64,000 nt of DNA, taken from IMG/VR virus record IMGVR_UViG_3300023502_000002; one strand, written 5' to 3'. The notes under the pieces were generated by a model. That model saw nothing but the letters and a program-made list of their open reading frames with translations. It did no database searches and was not told the origin of the DNA. Position 1 is the first letter of the stretch, and every line of letters starts with the position of its first letter. A program made the translations under genes and the position numbers. Source of the DNA: a virus. Positions 27,330 through 37,508 of the stretch are shown here, piece after piece.

Positions 27330-27529
27330 TTCTACTAGAAATTTTTCAAAACTGCTTTATTGTAGGGTATGATGGAAAGAAAATACCCTTTGTAAAAGAT
27401 GATTTCTTGTTTAGTGATACCGGGGAAAGATATATTTTGACCAACAAGGAAAACAGTGAACAGGTTAGCCTACCGAAGCAATCGACAATAGTAATTAAAC
27501 ATAATATTTGCCATGAAGGTATTGATTAG
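27326..27529 (+). CDS. hypothetical protein (67 aa)
   Basis: ORF, ATG checked, ATGA overlap. Confidence 0.5.
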   Translation: MILLEIFQNCFIVGYDGKKIPFVKDDFLFSDTGERYILTNKENSEQVSLPKQSTIVIKHNICHEGID

Positions 27530-28004
27530 AAAGGATTCAAGCGACATAAGAAACAGACTTGAACGGTTAGGGTACACCGCTTCCGAAAAAGCGTTGGATG
27601 GATTTGGTGATGGCATCTTTGTAGACAAGTCAGATAATACTTTTCACGTAAAATCAGAGTGGAATGTTATTCGTATGTTTATTGAAACAGTAGATTGCGG
27701 AGATGACGAGAATATGTTTTTTGATTTTGTAGAAAACGACATAACGTCAATAATGCCAATGATGCTAGGTAAGTATAAATCTTTAATAAAAATTGGTGAC
27801 TTTCCCGTCATTAATACATCTAGCATTCAAGATGTGTTATACCGTGAAGATAGAGAACATAACATCATAGAAGTTATTGTTATTTCAGTATATGGGTTAA
27901 AGTTGAAAAGCGTAAAGGATGTTGACTTTTCAGACCCTAATGCGGATACAATAATAGCATACATGAAATCGTTGCATAAACAACTAAAAGAATATATCAA
28001 ATGA
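27513..28004 (+). CDS. hypothetical protein (163 aa)
   Basis: ORF, ATG checked. Confidence 0.6.
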   Translation: MKVLIRKDSSDIRNRLERLGYTASEKALDGFGDGIFVDKSDNTFHVKSEWNVIRMFIETVDCGDDENMFFDFVENDITSIMPMMLGKYKSLIKIGDFPVINTSSIQDVLYREDREHNIIEVIVISVYGLKLKSVKDVDFSDPNADTIIAYMKSLHKQLKEYIK

Positions 28005-28282
28005 AGTGTAATTTTACGCCAATGGACAAATTTTATGAGATATTAGATTATTATGGTTTGTCCTACACAGAGTTAAAAAGTAATCATATTCGTGTATTTT
28101 ACGGAAACAAGAAGCTGTTTGACTATTTCCCACTTCGCATGAAGCTGTTTGATTACCATGAATGGCATCAGCTTACTTATCCGTTCGTGAAGGGCAAGGA
28201 AGATGAATGGGAAGTAGAACTTACCATGTTCATTAGCGGAGTGTTGGGAGATGAGATGTTTAAAAAGTTTAAAAACGATTGA
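28001..28282 (+). CDS. hypothetical protein (93 aa)
   Basis: ORF, ATG checked. Confidence 0.55.
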   Translation: MKCNFTPMDKFYEILDYYGLSYTELKSNHIRVFYGNKKLFDYFPLRMKLFDYHEWHQLTYPFVKGKEDEWEVELTMFISGVLGDEMFKKFKND

Positions 28283-28284
28283 TT

Positions 28285-28527
28285 ATGGATAAGAAAGAGA
28301 AGGAATTTACTCCAAAAGCTATAAATTTGTGTGGCAAACGGAGAATGCTATCATCCATAAAAGGATGGGAGATTGTTCATTATAACAATTACTCTAAAGG
28401 TATAGCCAATGTCCAGCCTGTGGACAAGTTGAGAATAACACTTTCAGGGCGAGAAGTCATTGAGTACGTCCTGATGGATGGAGATAAAACGATTGATAAA
28501 CTAGACAGTTATTTCGGATTGCTATGA
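28285..28527 (+). CDS. hypothetical protein (80 aa)
   Basis: Track start 28279 is TTG; ATG is at 28285. Confidence 0.5.
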   Translation: MDKKEKEFTPKAINLCGKRRMLSSIKGWEIVHYNNYSKGIANVQPVDKLRITLSGREVIEYVLMDGDKTIDKLDSYFGLL

Positions 28528-28742
28528 TGATAAAAGTAGACATACCTGAACCGTTCATAGACGGTGACAATACGATGGTAAACATCACGTCTGATTCATT
28601 CTGCTATTCTAGCATTGATTCACGTTATGAAGGATTTCAGAGTTCCTACAAGGACGGGAATATGAATCAGAAGATACAGGGAAAACTAGAGATAATTGCG
28701 GACCAGTTTAAAGAACTTATAAAAATAATAGAAGATAATTGA
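28524..28742 (+). CDS. hypothetical protein (72 aa)
   Basis: ORF, ATG checked. Confidence 0.5.
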   Translation: MMIKVDIPEPFIDGDNTMVNITSDSFCYSSIDSRYEGFQSSYKDGNMNQKIQGKLEIIADQFKELIKIIEDN

Positions 28743-28744
28743 AG

Positions 28745-29242
28745 ATGGAAAGACATTTGTTAATACAGGAGTGTGAGAGAGAGGAAAAGATGAAGGAGTT
28801 GCGCAAGCAGCAGAACGATCTTATCAAGAAAGGCCGTATGGTTGAATGCTCTCGTGTAACAGCTAAGATAAAGGAGTTTCAGGAAGCATATATCAAGGCT
28901 TATCCTGACGGTAAATATGTAAGGGGCATGGATATTATCAAGAAGATGTCTGATGATGAGAAAATGGATTGGATGATGTATGTCAACGCCATTGCTTTCT
29001 GTGCTGATATTATCCATTCTTCTTCCATAGAGTTGAATGAAATGCTAAAGAAAACACTCCCCGGATCTAGCCTTCAAATGTTTGAAACGCTTGAAAAGGT
29101 AGGTACTATGGCAAAGAATCAAATCCTATGGATGGATAACAATGTTGACGAGAAATACCAGGATGACTTTGCAAGATATGCCGATGAAATATCCGTGATG
29201 CTTTTATCATTTGTTAAAAATAAATTTTTGCCAAGAAAATGA
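28745..29242 (+). CDS. hypothetical protein (165 aa)
   Basis: Track start 28739 is TTG; ATG is at 28745. Confidence 0.6.
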   Translation: MERHLLIQECEREEKMKELRKQQNDLIKKGRMVECSRVTAKIKEFQEAYIKAYPDGKYVRGMDIIKKMSDDEKMDWMMYVNAIAFCADIIHSSSIELNEMLKKTLPGSSLQMFETLEKVGTMAKNQILWMDNNVDEKYQDDFARYADEISVMLLSFVKNKFLPRK

Positions 29243-29439
29243 CAAGAGAAGAGATACACAAGAATGTGCTGGAAATAAGAAATTATTATTTCAGCATTCA
29301 GAATAAGATTGATAACGGATGCAATGTTTCAGAATTGGACATAGATTCTAAAACGCACAACAAGATGATTGACGATACCATAAAATCAGCCCTTGAAGAT
29401 CATAAAATTATTCTTGCTTTAGAAAAATACAAGTTATGA
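29239..29439 (+). CDS. hypothetical protein (66 aa)
   Basis: ORF, ATG checked. Confidence 0.5.
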   Translation: MTREEIHKNVLEIRNYYFSIQNKIDNGCNVSELDIDSKTHNKMIDDTIKSALEDHKIILALEKYKL

Positions 29440-29876
29440 AAAAGAAAGAAATAGACGAAGGATATATTGTAGGTGACTTTTATATTATTAAAAGCCCTAT
29501 CAAAGAGGGATGGCTTCACGTAGTGAATATAAAAACATCTTGGCAGATAAAGGTGATGATGGGAGCGAATACGGCAAAGTTTCTAAGCCTTTCCCAACAG
29601 GAAATATTTGACAGGATTAACGGAATATACATTCAATCCATGATGTCTTTATACGATTCAGATTATGCCTTGAAAATAGCTAAAGATGCTGTGTCTTATA
29701 TGTCTGAAAAGGCAGAAAAGATGGAAAAGGTGGAAAAGAATGAAAATGAAGATATTGAAAAGGTGAAGAAAGATGAGTTCATGATGAAAATAGCTACATC
29801 TTCCGATGAAGAAATCATGGACATGATCGTAAATGGAGAGATAAAGTACGAATATTTCAAACAAGAACAGGAGTAA
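29436..29876 (+). CDS. hypothetical protein (146 aa)
   Basis: ORF, ATG checked. Confidence 0.6.
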   Translation: MKKKEIDEGYIVGDFYIIKSPIKEGWLHVVNIKTSWQIKVMMGANTAKFLSLSQQEIFDRINGIYIQSMMSLYDSDYALKIAKDAVSYMSEKAEKMEKVEKNENEDIEKVKKDEFMMKIATSSDEEIMDMIVNGEIKYEYFKQEQE

Positions 29877-29880
29877 ATTT

Positions 29881-30297
29881 ATGAAAGCATTATTTAAAAT
29901 GGACTTCGATTGCGGAAGAATGGGCAATCTTGAAGGAGTATTTATTGCAGACACAGAAGATGTCGAATACTTAGTGAATAACAAAATCAGTGTTTACTTC
30001 GGTGAAGTACTTGGCAAGCACTCTGAAATATCCGGGTGTGTGGCTGAAAGTGAAATCAAACAAATAACCACTGATGAAAATGTAATCAAGATAGTTGAAG
30101 AATATGGGCTTAACAGTGGGTATAATCCATTTGAATACACTCTTTGTACATCAGAAACGGAAGATATACCAGATAACGGAGTTGATTGGGATGATTGTAC
30201 TGTACAAGAATACATAGACTTTATGAGGAAAGGTATAATACCCCAATATTACGAGAAAGATTATAAAGAATGGCTAAGTAGCCAAAAGGAGGATTAA
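29881..30297 (+). CDS. hypothetical protein (138 aa)
   Basis: ORF, ATG checked. Confidence 0.6.
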   Translation: MKALFKMDFDCGRMGNLEGVFIADTEDVEYLVNNKISVYFGEVLGKHSEISGCVAESEIKQITTDENVIKIVEEYGLNSGYNPFEYTLCTSETEDIPDNGVDWDDCTVQEYIDFMRKGIIPQYYEKDYKEWLSSQKED

Positions 30298-30299
30298 TC

Positions 30300-30398
30300 A
30301 TGCAAGACTATATTTCAGACTGGTTCATTCCGATGGATTTCGGTAATGATATGCCAGACGAAGAACCAAGTGGTGAGGATAATTTCAATTTTGATTAA
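30300..30398 (+). CDS. acidic micro-protein (32 aa)
   Basis: ATG preceded by aaggagg (30286-30292); read manually. Confidence 0.3.
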   Translation: MQDYISDWFIPMDFGNDMPDEEPSGEDNFNFD

Positions 30399-30422
30399 GT
30401 TAATTTGTTAATAATAATAGAC

Positions 30423-30971
30423 ATGAAAACATTTTTTGAGTGTAAAATTCGCTACGAAAAAGTAGCAGAAAATGGGATGATTAAGAAAGTAAGTGAGCAA
30501 TACCTGGTTGATGCGCTTAGCTTCACTGAGGCGGAAGCACGTATTATATCGGAAATGACACCGTTTATCAGTGGCGAGTTCACTGTTTCGGACATCAAAC
30601 GCTCCAACTACAGCGAACTGTTCCCATATGAAGAAGATGCAGCCGATCGCTGGTTTAAGTGTAAGCTGTATTACATTACGCTAGACGAAAAGAGCGGAGC
30701 GGAGAAAAAGACATCATGCTATATGCTTGTTCAGGCAGCCGATTTGAGAGATGCTGTAAATAAACTTGACGAAGGAATGAAAGGCACAATGGCAGACTAT
30801 GTGATTTCATCCATAGCCGAAACCGCCATTATGGATGTATATCCGTATGAAGCGGAAAATGATTCCTGCTTAACGGAATACCCAAGTGGACACAAGACGG
30901 GAGTTGTCATAGGCGGAAAGAGCGTCATTGTAGACAAAACGGGAAATTCAACTGTAGTTTTACCTAGTTAA
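30423..30971 (+). CDS. DUF4494-like protein
   Basis: MKTFFECKIRYEKV..NG..KKVSEQYLVDALSFTEAEARII.EM.PFISGEF.V..IKR recalled as the DUF4494 N-terminal signature of Bacteroidota. Confidence 0.5.
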   Translation: MKTFFECKIRYEKVAENGMIKKVSEQYLVDALSFTEAEARIISEMTPFISGEFTVSDIKRSNYSELFPYEEDAADRWFKCKLYYITLDEKSGAEKKTSCYMLVQAADLRDAVNKLDEGMKGTMADYVISSIAETAIMDVYPYEAENDSCLTEYPSGHKTGVVIGGKSVIVDKTGNSTVVLPS

Positions 30972-30982
30972 ATTGTATATAT

Positions 30983-31510
30983 ATGGCAAACGAACAACAA
31001 AATCAGGTTTTCCATCATTGGAGAACTGGAAGTCAATCTGATTATGTGGGAGTAGAAATACTCCCTAACGGTCAGTCTATTATTGCTACAATATCCCATA
31101 TCGTATGGGATGAGAATGCAAAGGTACAAGGTAGTAAGAAACCATCATGGATTGCTTACTTTAAAGAAGCAGACCTTGTTCCTAAACCTATGCTATTGAA
31201 CAGTACGAACCGCAAACGCCTTACAAAGCTGGCACAAACTGATTATCCTGAAACCATCCGTGATTTTCGTGTCATATTGTGCAAGGAACTGACACGTGAC
31301 CCAAGCGATGGAGGAAAGGTTTACGGATTACGTATAGGGCGTGATGTTCCACCACCACCACAGAAAGAGAAAATGACAGTCAACTCTGATAAATTCAAGG
31401 CTGCATTGGAAGCGTTAAAAAGTGGGAAATGCGAAATTGGATACATCACGGCAAGCTATGATGTGGACGCGGAAGCTATGAAATTGTTTAACGAAGCGAC
31501 TAAGAAATAA
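30983..31510 (+). CDS. hypothetical protein (175 aa) directly upstream of the exonuclease (possible recombination partner)
   Basis: ORF, ATG checked; function inferred from context only. Confidence 0.55.
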   Translation: MANEQQNQVFHHWRTGSQSDYVGVEILPNGQSIIATISHIVWDENAKVQGSKKPSWIAYFKEADLVPKPMLLNSTNRKRLTKLAQTDYPETIRDFRVILCKELTRDPSDGGKVYGLRIGRDVPPPPQKEKMTVNSDKFKAALEALKSGKCEIGYITASYDVDAEAMKLFNEATKK

Positions 31511-32310
31511 TGGAAGCAGAAGAAAAAGAAAAACTATGGCTTATGAAGAGGTGTGGTAAAATCACCTCTTCCGCCATTGGAAAACTTATGGTTTCCGGGA
31601 GAAGGGAAATGACACCTTCCGAACTAGAGGTTGCAAAAAAACAGGGTGTAAAGAGAAAGACAGTTGATGTTCCTTTCGGAGATACAGCTATCTCTTATCT
31701 TTATCAGGTTGCAAGGGAGAGAAGGTTAAACAAACCATGCCGACATATATCCACTTCTGATATGGAGTGGGGAAAGGATCATGAAAAAGACGCTATCGAG
31801 TGTTTTAACCATAACACGTTCTCTAGACTAATGTCCTGTGCGGATGATTTTGACGAAATTGTTTTTGTCGATAATATCTATGATGGATATGGAGATTCTC
31901 CCGATGGATATGGATTTGATGTCAATGGTAAATTATCTTATATAGCAGAAGTGAAATGCTTTACTTCTGAAAGTAAGATTGAATATTTGAGAGAAGCCAC
32001 AAAGGAACAGGCTATAGAGGAATACTATTGGCAGCTAATGTCGCATTTCCTTTCCCATCCCGATGTGGATAAAATGTATTATATCGTATATGACGGTAAA
32101 TCTGATGATGATCCGTTTGATTTACGCCCAGTTAACGATCCGTCAAGGCTTTTGTATTGGGAACTTGACAGAAGCGATTATAAAGATGATATAGACAGGA
32201 TGGAGGATAAGTTACAAATGGCTCTAGCTTATCTTTCATTCAACGAACGTGATGCGAAAAAATACCCAATAAGTAAAATTAATGACTTCGTTGGTGTTTC
32301 AAATACGTAA
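31510..32310 (+). CDS. YqaJ-type (lambda-exonuclease-like, PD-(D/E)XK) recombination exonuclease
   Basis: ..RCGKITSSAIGKLM.. and ..DSPDGYG...SYIAEVKC.. motifs. Confidence 0.65.
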   Translation: MEAEEKEKLWLMKRCGKITSSAIGKLMVSGRREMTPSELEVAKKQGVKRKTVDVPFGDTAISYLYQVARERRLNKPCRHISTSDMEWGKDHEKDAIECFNHNTFSRLMSCADDFDEIVFVDNIYDGYGDSPDGYGFDVNGKLSYIAEVKCFTSESKIEYLREATKEQAIEEYYWQLMSHFLSHPDVDKMYYIVYDGKSDDDPFDLRPVNDPSRLLYWELDRSDYKDDIDRMEDKLQMALAYLSFNERDAKKYPISKINDFVGVSNT

Positions 32311-32346
32311 CGGGTAATTGCGGAGTTACCACAAAAAGTTAATAAT

Positions 32347-33132
32347 ATGTCAACAAATATAACATTATCTAAAGAAAGTAGTGAAAGAGAAATTAAGGCG
32401 TATTTCAATGAAATATTAAAGCTATCACAATCAGATAACGAATTTCCAGTAAATTTTGATGATGTATGGATGCTTGTTTATCAAGACAAGCATAAAGCAG
32501 TAAACGAACTTAAGGAAAAGTTTATTGAAAGTGTTGATTATCAGGCAATCACCCAAAAAGTAAAATGCCAAAATGGAATCGGTTATTCAAGAAGAATTGA
32601 TTATCATATTACTGTGCCTTGTCTTGAATTTTTTATTGCAAGAAAAGTAAGATCAGTATTTGAGGTTTACCGACAAGTATTCCATCATACCGTTAATAAG
32701 ATTATAGAGAATAAGTCAATTGATAATCAACCAACCATATCGGATAAAATGAATGCAGCTACATGGGCGGCAAAGTTTTTGAACTTAAATGATAATTCAA
32801 AGTTGATTATCGCAAAACAAATACTTGACCCATTAAATATATCTCTTCCAGATTATACATCATCGAAAGGTATATTAAAGTCTGCCTCTGAATTGTTGTC
32901 TGAAAAAGGAATTAAAATTTCCGCACAGGCATTTAACAAGGCTGCTATCGAAAAAGGATACCTATGCGAATTGAGCCGAAATTCTTCATACGGTAAGAAA
33001 AAACGATTCAAATCAATCACGGAAAAAGGTCTTTCTTATGGGGAAAACCAAGTAAGCCCGAATAATCCTAAAGAAACACAACCGTTGTGGTATGAGGATA
33101 AGTTTAAAGATTTATTGTCTAAATTGTTATGA
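32347..33132 (+). CDS. putative antirepressor-like DNA-binding protein (AntA-like N-terminus)
   Basis: ..FPVNFDDVWMLV...F.ESVDY.. pattern; weak. Confidence 0.3.
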   Translation: MSTNITLSKESSEREIKAYFNEILKLSQSDNEFPVNFDDVWMLVYQDKHKAVNELKEKFIESVDYQAITQKVKCQNGIGYSRRIDYHITVPCLEFFIARKVRSVFEVYRQVFHHTVNKIIENKSIDNQPTISDKMNAATWAAKFLNLNDNSKLIIAKQILDPLNISLPDYTSSKGILKSASELLSEKGIKISAQAFNKAAIEKGYLCELSRNSSYGKKKRFKSITEKGLSYGENQVSPNNPKETQPLWYEDKFKDLLSKLL

Positions 33133-33434
33133 CTACATTAATCAAGCACAACAAACCTAATCGTGGGGATGAAATAATCATCCCCTATCTTGCCATAGAA
33201 AACAATATCAACTTTATCATGCTCAATGGGGGTGTAGGTGACGTTGAACTTATGGACGGAACGAAATGTAAGTCAACAAGCTGCACTCCTATCAAATTTG
33301 ATGATGCAGGAGATGATATATATCGTATATATGGTATAGGAAAAGAAGCATGGAAAATGGCATGGCTGAAAAGAGTACATGCAATGAGTGATGAAATTGT
33401 AAAACTAAAGTTAGATTTCAATGCCAGCAATTAG
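33129..33434 (+). CDS. hypothetical protein (101 aa)
   Basis: ORF, ATG checked. Confidence 0.55.
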   Translation: MTTLIKHNKPNRGDEIIIPYLAIENNINFIMLNGGVGDVELMDGTKCKSTSCTPIKFDDAGDDIYRIYGIGKEAWKMAWLKRVHAMSDEIVKLKLDFNASN

Positions 33435-33804
33435 CGAATTATGGATAGATTATCCAATATCTTACCGTGACGAAAAAGGAAGGTTCGTCAAAGGTCATAA
33501 TTATGGATTCAAGAAAGGAAGGGAAGTGTCGGATGAGGAACGTGAAAAGAAAAGAGTTCTTATGAAGGAACTCATAAATAAACGAAAGGAAAACGGTTCT
33601 TATCTCGGTCATAGAAACAATACAAGGGCTGTCATTGCGATAGAGGAAGGTACGAACAGATTTCTATGCTTTGAAGCCTGTTGTGACTGTGAGAGGAAAT
33701 TAGGTATGCCACAACGCTCATGCAGTTCTTTTTGTAAGGGGAAAAACGGGCATAGATGGAGAAACTTTAAATTGTTTTACGAAGATGAATACGGATTACG
33801 TTGA
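33421..33804 (+). CDS. homing-endonuclease-like DNA-binding protein without a visible catalytic domain
   Basis: N-terminal ELWIDYP.SY..EKGRF and C-terminal RAVIAIEEGTN.FLCFE....ERKLG......C.GKNGHRWR resemble NUMOD-type modules. No HNH or GIY-YIG motif seen. Confidence 0.3.
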   Translation: MPAISELWIDYPISYRDEKGRFVKGHNYGFKKGREVSDEEREKKRVLMKELINKRKENGSYLGHRNNTRAVIAIEEGTNRFLCFEACCDCERKLGMPQRSCSSFCKGKNGHRWRNFKLFYEDEYGLR

Positions 33805-34135
33805 CGAATTTGAAAACTACGACAGGAAGCTAATCAAACTAAATAGTGACACTGCCATTTTGCTGCACATATTCAAGAAAAAACCAAACCACCAATTCGA
33901 GGATTGGATGGTTCTTCAAGACAATGAGGAATACTTCAAAAAAGAATGTGTTCCTGATTACGAAGATGCCGCCAGGCAGTTTGTCAAGCAGTTTGAAGGA
34001 GAAGAGTGCATGGCTTTTGTGGTTGCATTAAAAAAAGAACTTGAAAGAATCATACAAGAAGATGAGTACAAACGAAATCAAGCTAAGGGATTACCAGGAG
34101 GTGGGGATAACCCGTCTGAGAAATGCCCTGACTAA
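33785..34135 (+). CDS. hypothetical protein (116 aa)
   Basis: ORF, ATG checked; 3' end overlaps the helicase start by 74 nt. Confidence 0.5.
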   Translation: MNTDYVDEFENYDRKLIKLNSDTAILLHIFKKKPNHQFEDWMVLQDNEEYFKKECVPDYEDAARQFVKQFEGEECMAFVVALKKELERIIQEDEYKRNQAKGLPGGGDNPSEKCPD

Positions 34136-35543
34136 TCATAAGCACGTCATATTCTCTGCCTGTGTAAGTTACGGCAAAACGGTCATAATGAGTTTTATGG
34201 CTAAAGGTGCTGTAGAAAAGGGGAATAAGGTGCTTATCGTATCCCACAGATCTGAACTTATGACACAGACAGGGGGAACGTTGGAAAGAGTTGGCATACA
34301 GGCTGAATATATCTCTCCTAAGCACAGGAACATACCCAAAGGTCTAGTAGTATCCGCAATGGCTCAAACTCTCCGTAGAAGGCTAGAAAAGCCCGAATGG
34401 GTTGAATGGGTTAAGAGTGTATCTCTCTGCCTAATAGACGAAGGGCACACCTCTGATGCGGACTTTCTCTTTGAATCTGGTTTGCTTGATGATAAGTATG
34501 TAGTAGGTCTTACAGGAACCCCGATGAGAAGTGGAAACCAAAGGCAGCTTGGCATGAACTATGAAGAGATTGTAGAAACCGCCCAGATACAGGATATGAT
34601 GGACCGGGGAAACATAACCAAGTTAAGAACGTTTACGGTTGATGCGCCCGACTTGTCTAAGGTTAATACCGATTATCGCACAGGTGATTTCGATAGCAGG
34701 CAGATGGGTGCGGTGTTCAACAAGTCTGTACAGTACAAGGGGGTGATTGAAAACTATATGCGTATCTGCCCGATGAAAAAAGCAATCTGTTTTGATGCCA
34801 CACAGGCAAATGCGATAAGGATGTGCGCTGAATTTAATGAAGCTGGCATTCCCGCAAAATTCCTCATATCAGGTATAGATAAGAATAAGCCGGATGAGTT
34901 AGCATTATATGAAAGATACAAGCATCTTACAGGAAACAGGGAACAGCTTATCAAGGATTTCCATGACGATAAATTCACCGTTATATGCAACAGTGGTATC
35001 TTATCTACGGGATACGATGAAACAAGTATAGAGGTTTGCATATTAAACCGTGCTACACAATCCGTTCAGTTTTATATCCAGGCAACTGGCAGGGCTATAC
35101 GGCTTCACCCAAATAAGACAGAAGCATTTCTCCTAGACTTCGGTGGTAACATATCACGGCTAGGCAAGTTTGAGAAAGAACGTAAATGGGCTTTATGGCA
35201 TAACAAGGGGAAATGTGAAGGGATACAGGGAGTAAAGGAATGTAAACAGTGTGGTAAATATATTGCCATAACCGCTTCGGAATGCCCTTTCTGCGGATAT
35301 GTATATCCTACCGAAAAGGAAATAAGGATGGCGGAACTGCAAGAACTGGTAGGAGATTTAAAGTTCGATCAAATGACACCTACGCAATTTTTCCAATATG
35401 CGGAACTTAAAGGATATAATGTTTACTGGGCGATCCGGCAGTTGTATATCAGAAATACGGAATCTGATTTTCGTAAAGCCATGAAAGAATGCGGATATTC
35501 TAGCAAATTTATATGGGGGTATATTCAGAGAAACAAAAAATAA
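34062..35543 (+). CDS. SF2 DNA helicase (DEAD/DEAH-like) with C-terminal zinc ribbon
   Basis: LRDYQ, Walker A SYGKT, DEGH box, CKQCG...CPFCG. Track start 34041 is TTG; ATG is at 34062. Confidence 0.75.
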   Translation: MSTNEIKLRDYQEVGITRLRNALTNHKHVIFSACVSYGKTVIMSFMAKGAVEKGNKVLIVSHRSELMTQTGGTLERVGIQAEYISPKHRNIPKGLVVSAMAQTLRRRLEKPEWVEWVKSVSLCLIDEGHTSDADFLFESGLLDDKYVVGLTGTPMRSGNQRQLGMNYEEIVETAQIQDMMDRGNITKLRTFTVDAPDLSKVNTDYRTGDFDSRQMGAVFNKSVQYKGVIENYMRICPMKKAICFDATQANAIRMCAEFNEAGIPAKFLISGIDKNKPDELALYERYKHLTGNREQLIKDFHDDKFTVICNSGILSTGYDETSIEVCILNRATQSVQFYIQATGRAIRLHPNKTEAFLLDFGGNISRLGKFEKERKWALWHNKGKCEGIQGVKECKQCGKYIAITASECPFCGYVYPTEKEIRMAELQELVGDLKFDQMTPTQFFQYAELKGYNVYWAIRQLYIRNTESDFRKAMKECGYSSKFIWGYIQRNKK

Positions 35544-35550
35544 CATTATT

Positions 35551-35558
35551 TACATTTG
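35551..35558 (+). promoter_or_regulatory. -7 box TAcaTTTG
   Basis: Exact motif 41 nt upstream of the ATG at 35599. Confidence 0.45.
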
Positions 35559-35598
35559 CAAAATATTTTTGTGAAATAAATATATCTACTTTTGCGTT

Positions 35599-36327
35599 AT
35601 GAAAAATAACATTAATCCTTGGGAAGTGTTTGATGAGATTGAATGTTCCCATAATCCTGAATATATTATTTGTGTGTCACATCTTAGACATTACACGAAT
35701 ATTTTTGGCATAGATAAAAGGCTTGTAGACTTTCTTGGAATGGAAAAGAATACAATATTAGATATCGAAACATTTTGTTTTGGCGAAATGGATGTTTTCG
35801 GAATAAAAGAAGATTGTGTATCTGTAATAGAAGATTGTAAAAGACAAAGGGAAGCAAAGAAACAAGCCTTGGAGAAAAACAGGAAATTGACAGACATGCT
35901 AAAATTGAAACGTGAAAATATGTGTGGCATAGGTACAAGAAAGGTGAAATTAATGCTTAATAAAAAGATAAAACAAGGAAATTTTACAGCTAAAATTTAT
36001 CGTGTTGCATTGGAATTACAAGATTATAATATAAAGGCTAAAGGTGCTCCGTTTCCTTACTCGGAAAAGATGTATGCAAAGAAAGAAGATTTGATTGATA
36101 AACTTATCGAATTATACAAAAATATACAACTACCTTTTGGTCGTTCAGAGGATAAAAATAAAAGAGTTTCTTTTATCGTATATTTTGATCTTCCTTTAGG
36201 TAATCAAATTAGTTTTCATTCTACAATAAAAAGAGATATACCTCTATACGGGAAAGAGTGGGATGGATTGGTAAACAGTACATTGGACAAGTTAGAAAAA
36301 GAAATAAAACAATATTTAAACATTTAA
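35599..36327 (+). CDS. hypothetical protein (242 aa)
   Basis: ORF, ATG checked. Confidence 0.6.
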   Translation: MKNNINPWEVFDEIECSHNPEYIICVSHLRHYTNIFGIDKRLVDFLGMEKNTILDIETFCFGEMDVFGIKEDCVSVIEDCKRQREAKKQALEKNRKLTDMLKLKRENMCGIGTRKVKLMLNKKIKQGNFTAKIYRVALELQDYNIKAKGAPFPYSEKMYAKKEDLIDKLIELYKNIQLPFGRSEDKNKRVSFIVYFDLPLGNQISFHSTIKRDIPLYGKEWDGLVNSTLDKLEKEIKQYLNI

Positions 36328-36329
36328 TC

Positions 36330-37253
36330 ATGGGAAAAAATTTACTTAATAACGATGGTAAAATTGCCTTGTTTCACGAAACGATAAGGCTTGACTTTAA
36401 TCTGCCTAAATACTCCATTATAGAGCAGAAAGATCCTAATCCAAGTGTAATGTCTTATGATTTTCTTAAACAGTACATGGAAAGCAATGATAAGGAAGGA
36501 GTGGCGGAATTTAATCTTACCGTTTCACCGACAATGCTTGATTCTGTAAAAACAAACCAGGAACACAAGCAAGTAAGACCCTTCCTTCTTGATAGAAAAC
36601 ATAAGGAAAACTCATGGTTTAAAAAGATTAAGGATTATATAGACGAATACAGAAGATCCAAGTTTGACGTAATACATTTCTTTTCTGAGGTGAAGATACA
36701 GGCAGAAAACGAAATGAAGCAATACAGGGATAGGATAAAAGATTATATACTGATGCTAGGTTATGCTGAAAGATCAGGTCAATATGCCTTGAAAGAAAAA
36801 CTGTTCCGAAACATGGTGATATGCAAATACGAAAGCATATTGTTCAGCAAAGGATTATACAAGGCTATATCAGAGGAAAATCTTATGAAGTTTGCAAAAG
36901 GATGTCCGAAAAATCTATGCCTTGATTATATTTCTGACTATACTAGAATCATACCATTTGACATAATTAGGAAAAAGACGGATATAGACAAATATGAAAT
37001 ATTCGACAACTATGTTATTCTTCACTATGACTTTGATAATAACGGAACAGATTTACCGTCTGACAAGAAAAAAGAGGAGGTGGAAAAAAGAAAAGACCCT
37101 ATTCTGTTTGGTGTTATTGCAGGAAGCAACAAACTATACTTCATCGGTGACTGGATTGACGAGTATTGCGATTTGCGGTTCGATGATGTGGTAAAACAAT
37201 GCACGGACGATTTCTTGTCAGAAAACATTTCTTTGGATGATCTTGCAAAATAG
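36330..37253 (+). CDS. hypothetical protein (307 aa from ATG 36330)
   Basis: ATG lies 2 nt after the upstream stop; track start 36258 would overlap by 70 nt. Confidence 0.6.
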   Translation: MGKNLLNNDGKIALFHETIRLDFNLPKYSIIEQKDPNPSVMSYDFLKQYMESNDKEGVAEFNLTVSPTMLDSVKTNQEHKQVRPFLLDRKHKENSWFKKIKDYIDEYRRSKFDVIHFFSEVKIQAENEMKQYRDRIKDYILMLGYAERSGQYALKEKLFRNMVICKYESILFSKGLYKAISEENLMKFAKGCPKNLCLDYISDYTRIIPFDIIRKKTDIDKYEIFDNYVILHYDFDNNGTDLPSDKKKEEVEKRKDPILFGVIAGSNKLYFIGDWIDEYCDLRFDDVVKQCTDDFLSENISLDDLAK

Positions 37254-37446
37254 CAACACAAAGCCTTGCAGAAACGGAGAGTATTGCTGCTGTCGCTGCA
37301 AGCATAGATACACGGTTATTGTAGATGGTTTGTTTGTTGGATACGTATGTTATATTCCTTGGTTTGAAAAACACGTTGCCATGAAGATAAGAAACAGCGG
37401 ACATGACATGTGTGAAGGATTTGAGATGGTTGATAACAAACTTTAA
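37237..37446 (+). CDS. small Cys-rich protein (69 aa)
   Basis: ORF, ATG checked; CRNGEYCCCRC.. Confidence 0.4.
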   Translation: MILQNSNTKPCRNGEYCCCRCKHRYTVIVDGLFVGYVCYIPWFEKHVAMKIRNSGHDMCEGFEMVDNKL

Positions 37447-37479
37447 CCTTTTATTTTTCTCATATATCCCATTTCGTGA

Positions 37480-37487
37480 TACCTTTG
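37480..37487 (+). promoter_or_regulatory. -7 box TAccTTTG
   Basis: Exact motif 21 nt upstream of the ATG at 37509. Confidence 0.45.
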
Positions 37488-37508
37488 CCAAATACAATTT
37501 TTTTTATT

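Noticed and set aside
35587-35594. Second TAnnTTTG box (TActTTTG) before ORF 35599
   Set aside because: It is only 4 nt from the ATG, so a transcript from it would start at or beyond the start codon. The upstream box at 35551-35558 is preferred. The same reasoning was applied to the box at 3677-3684.
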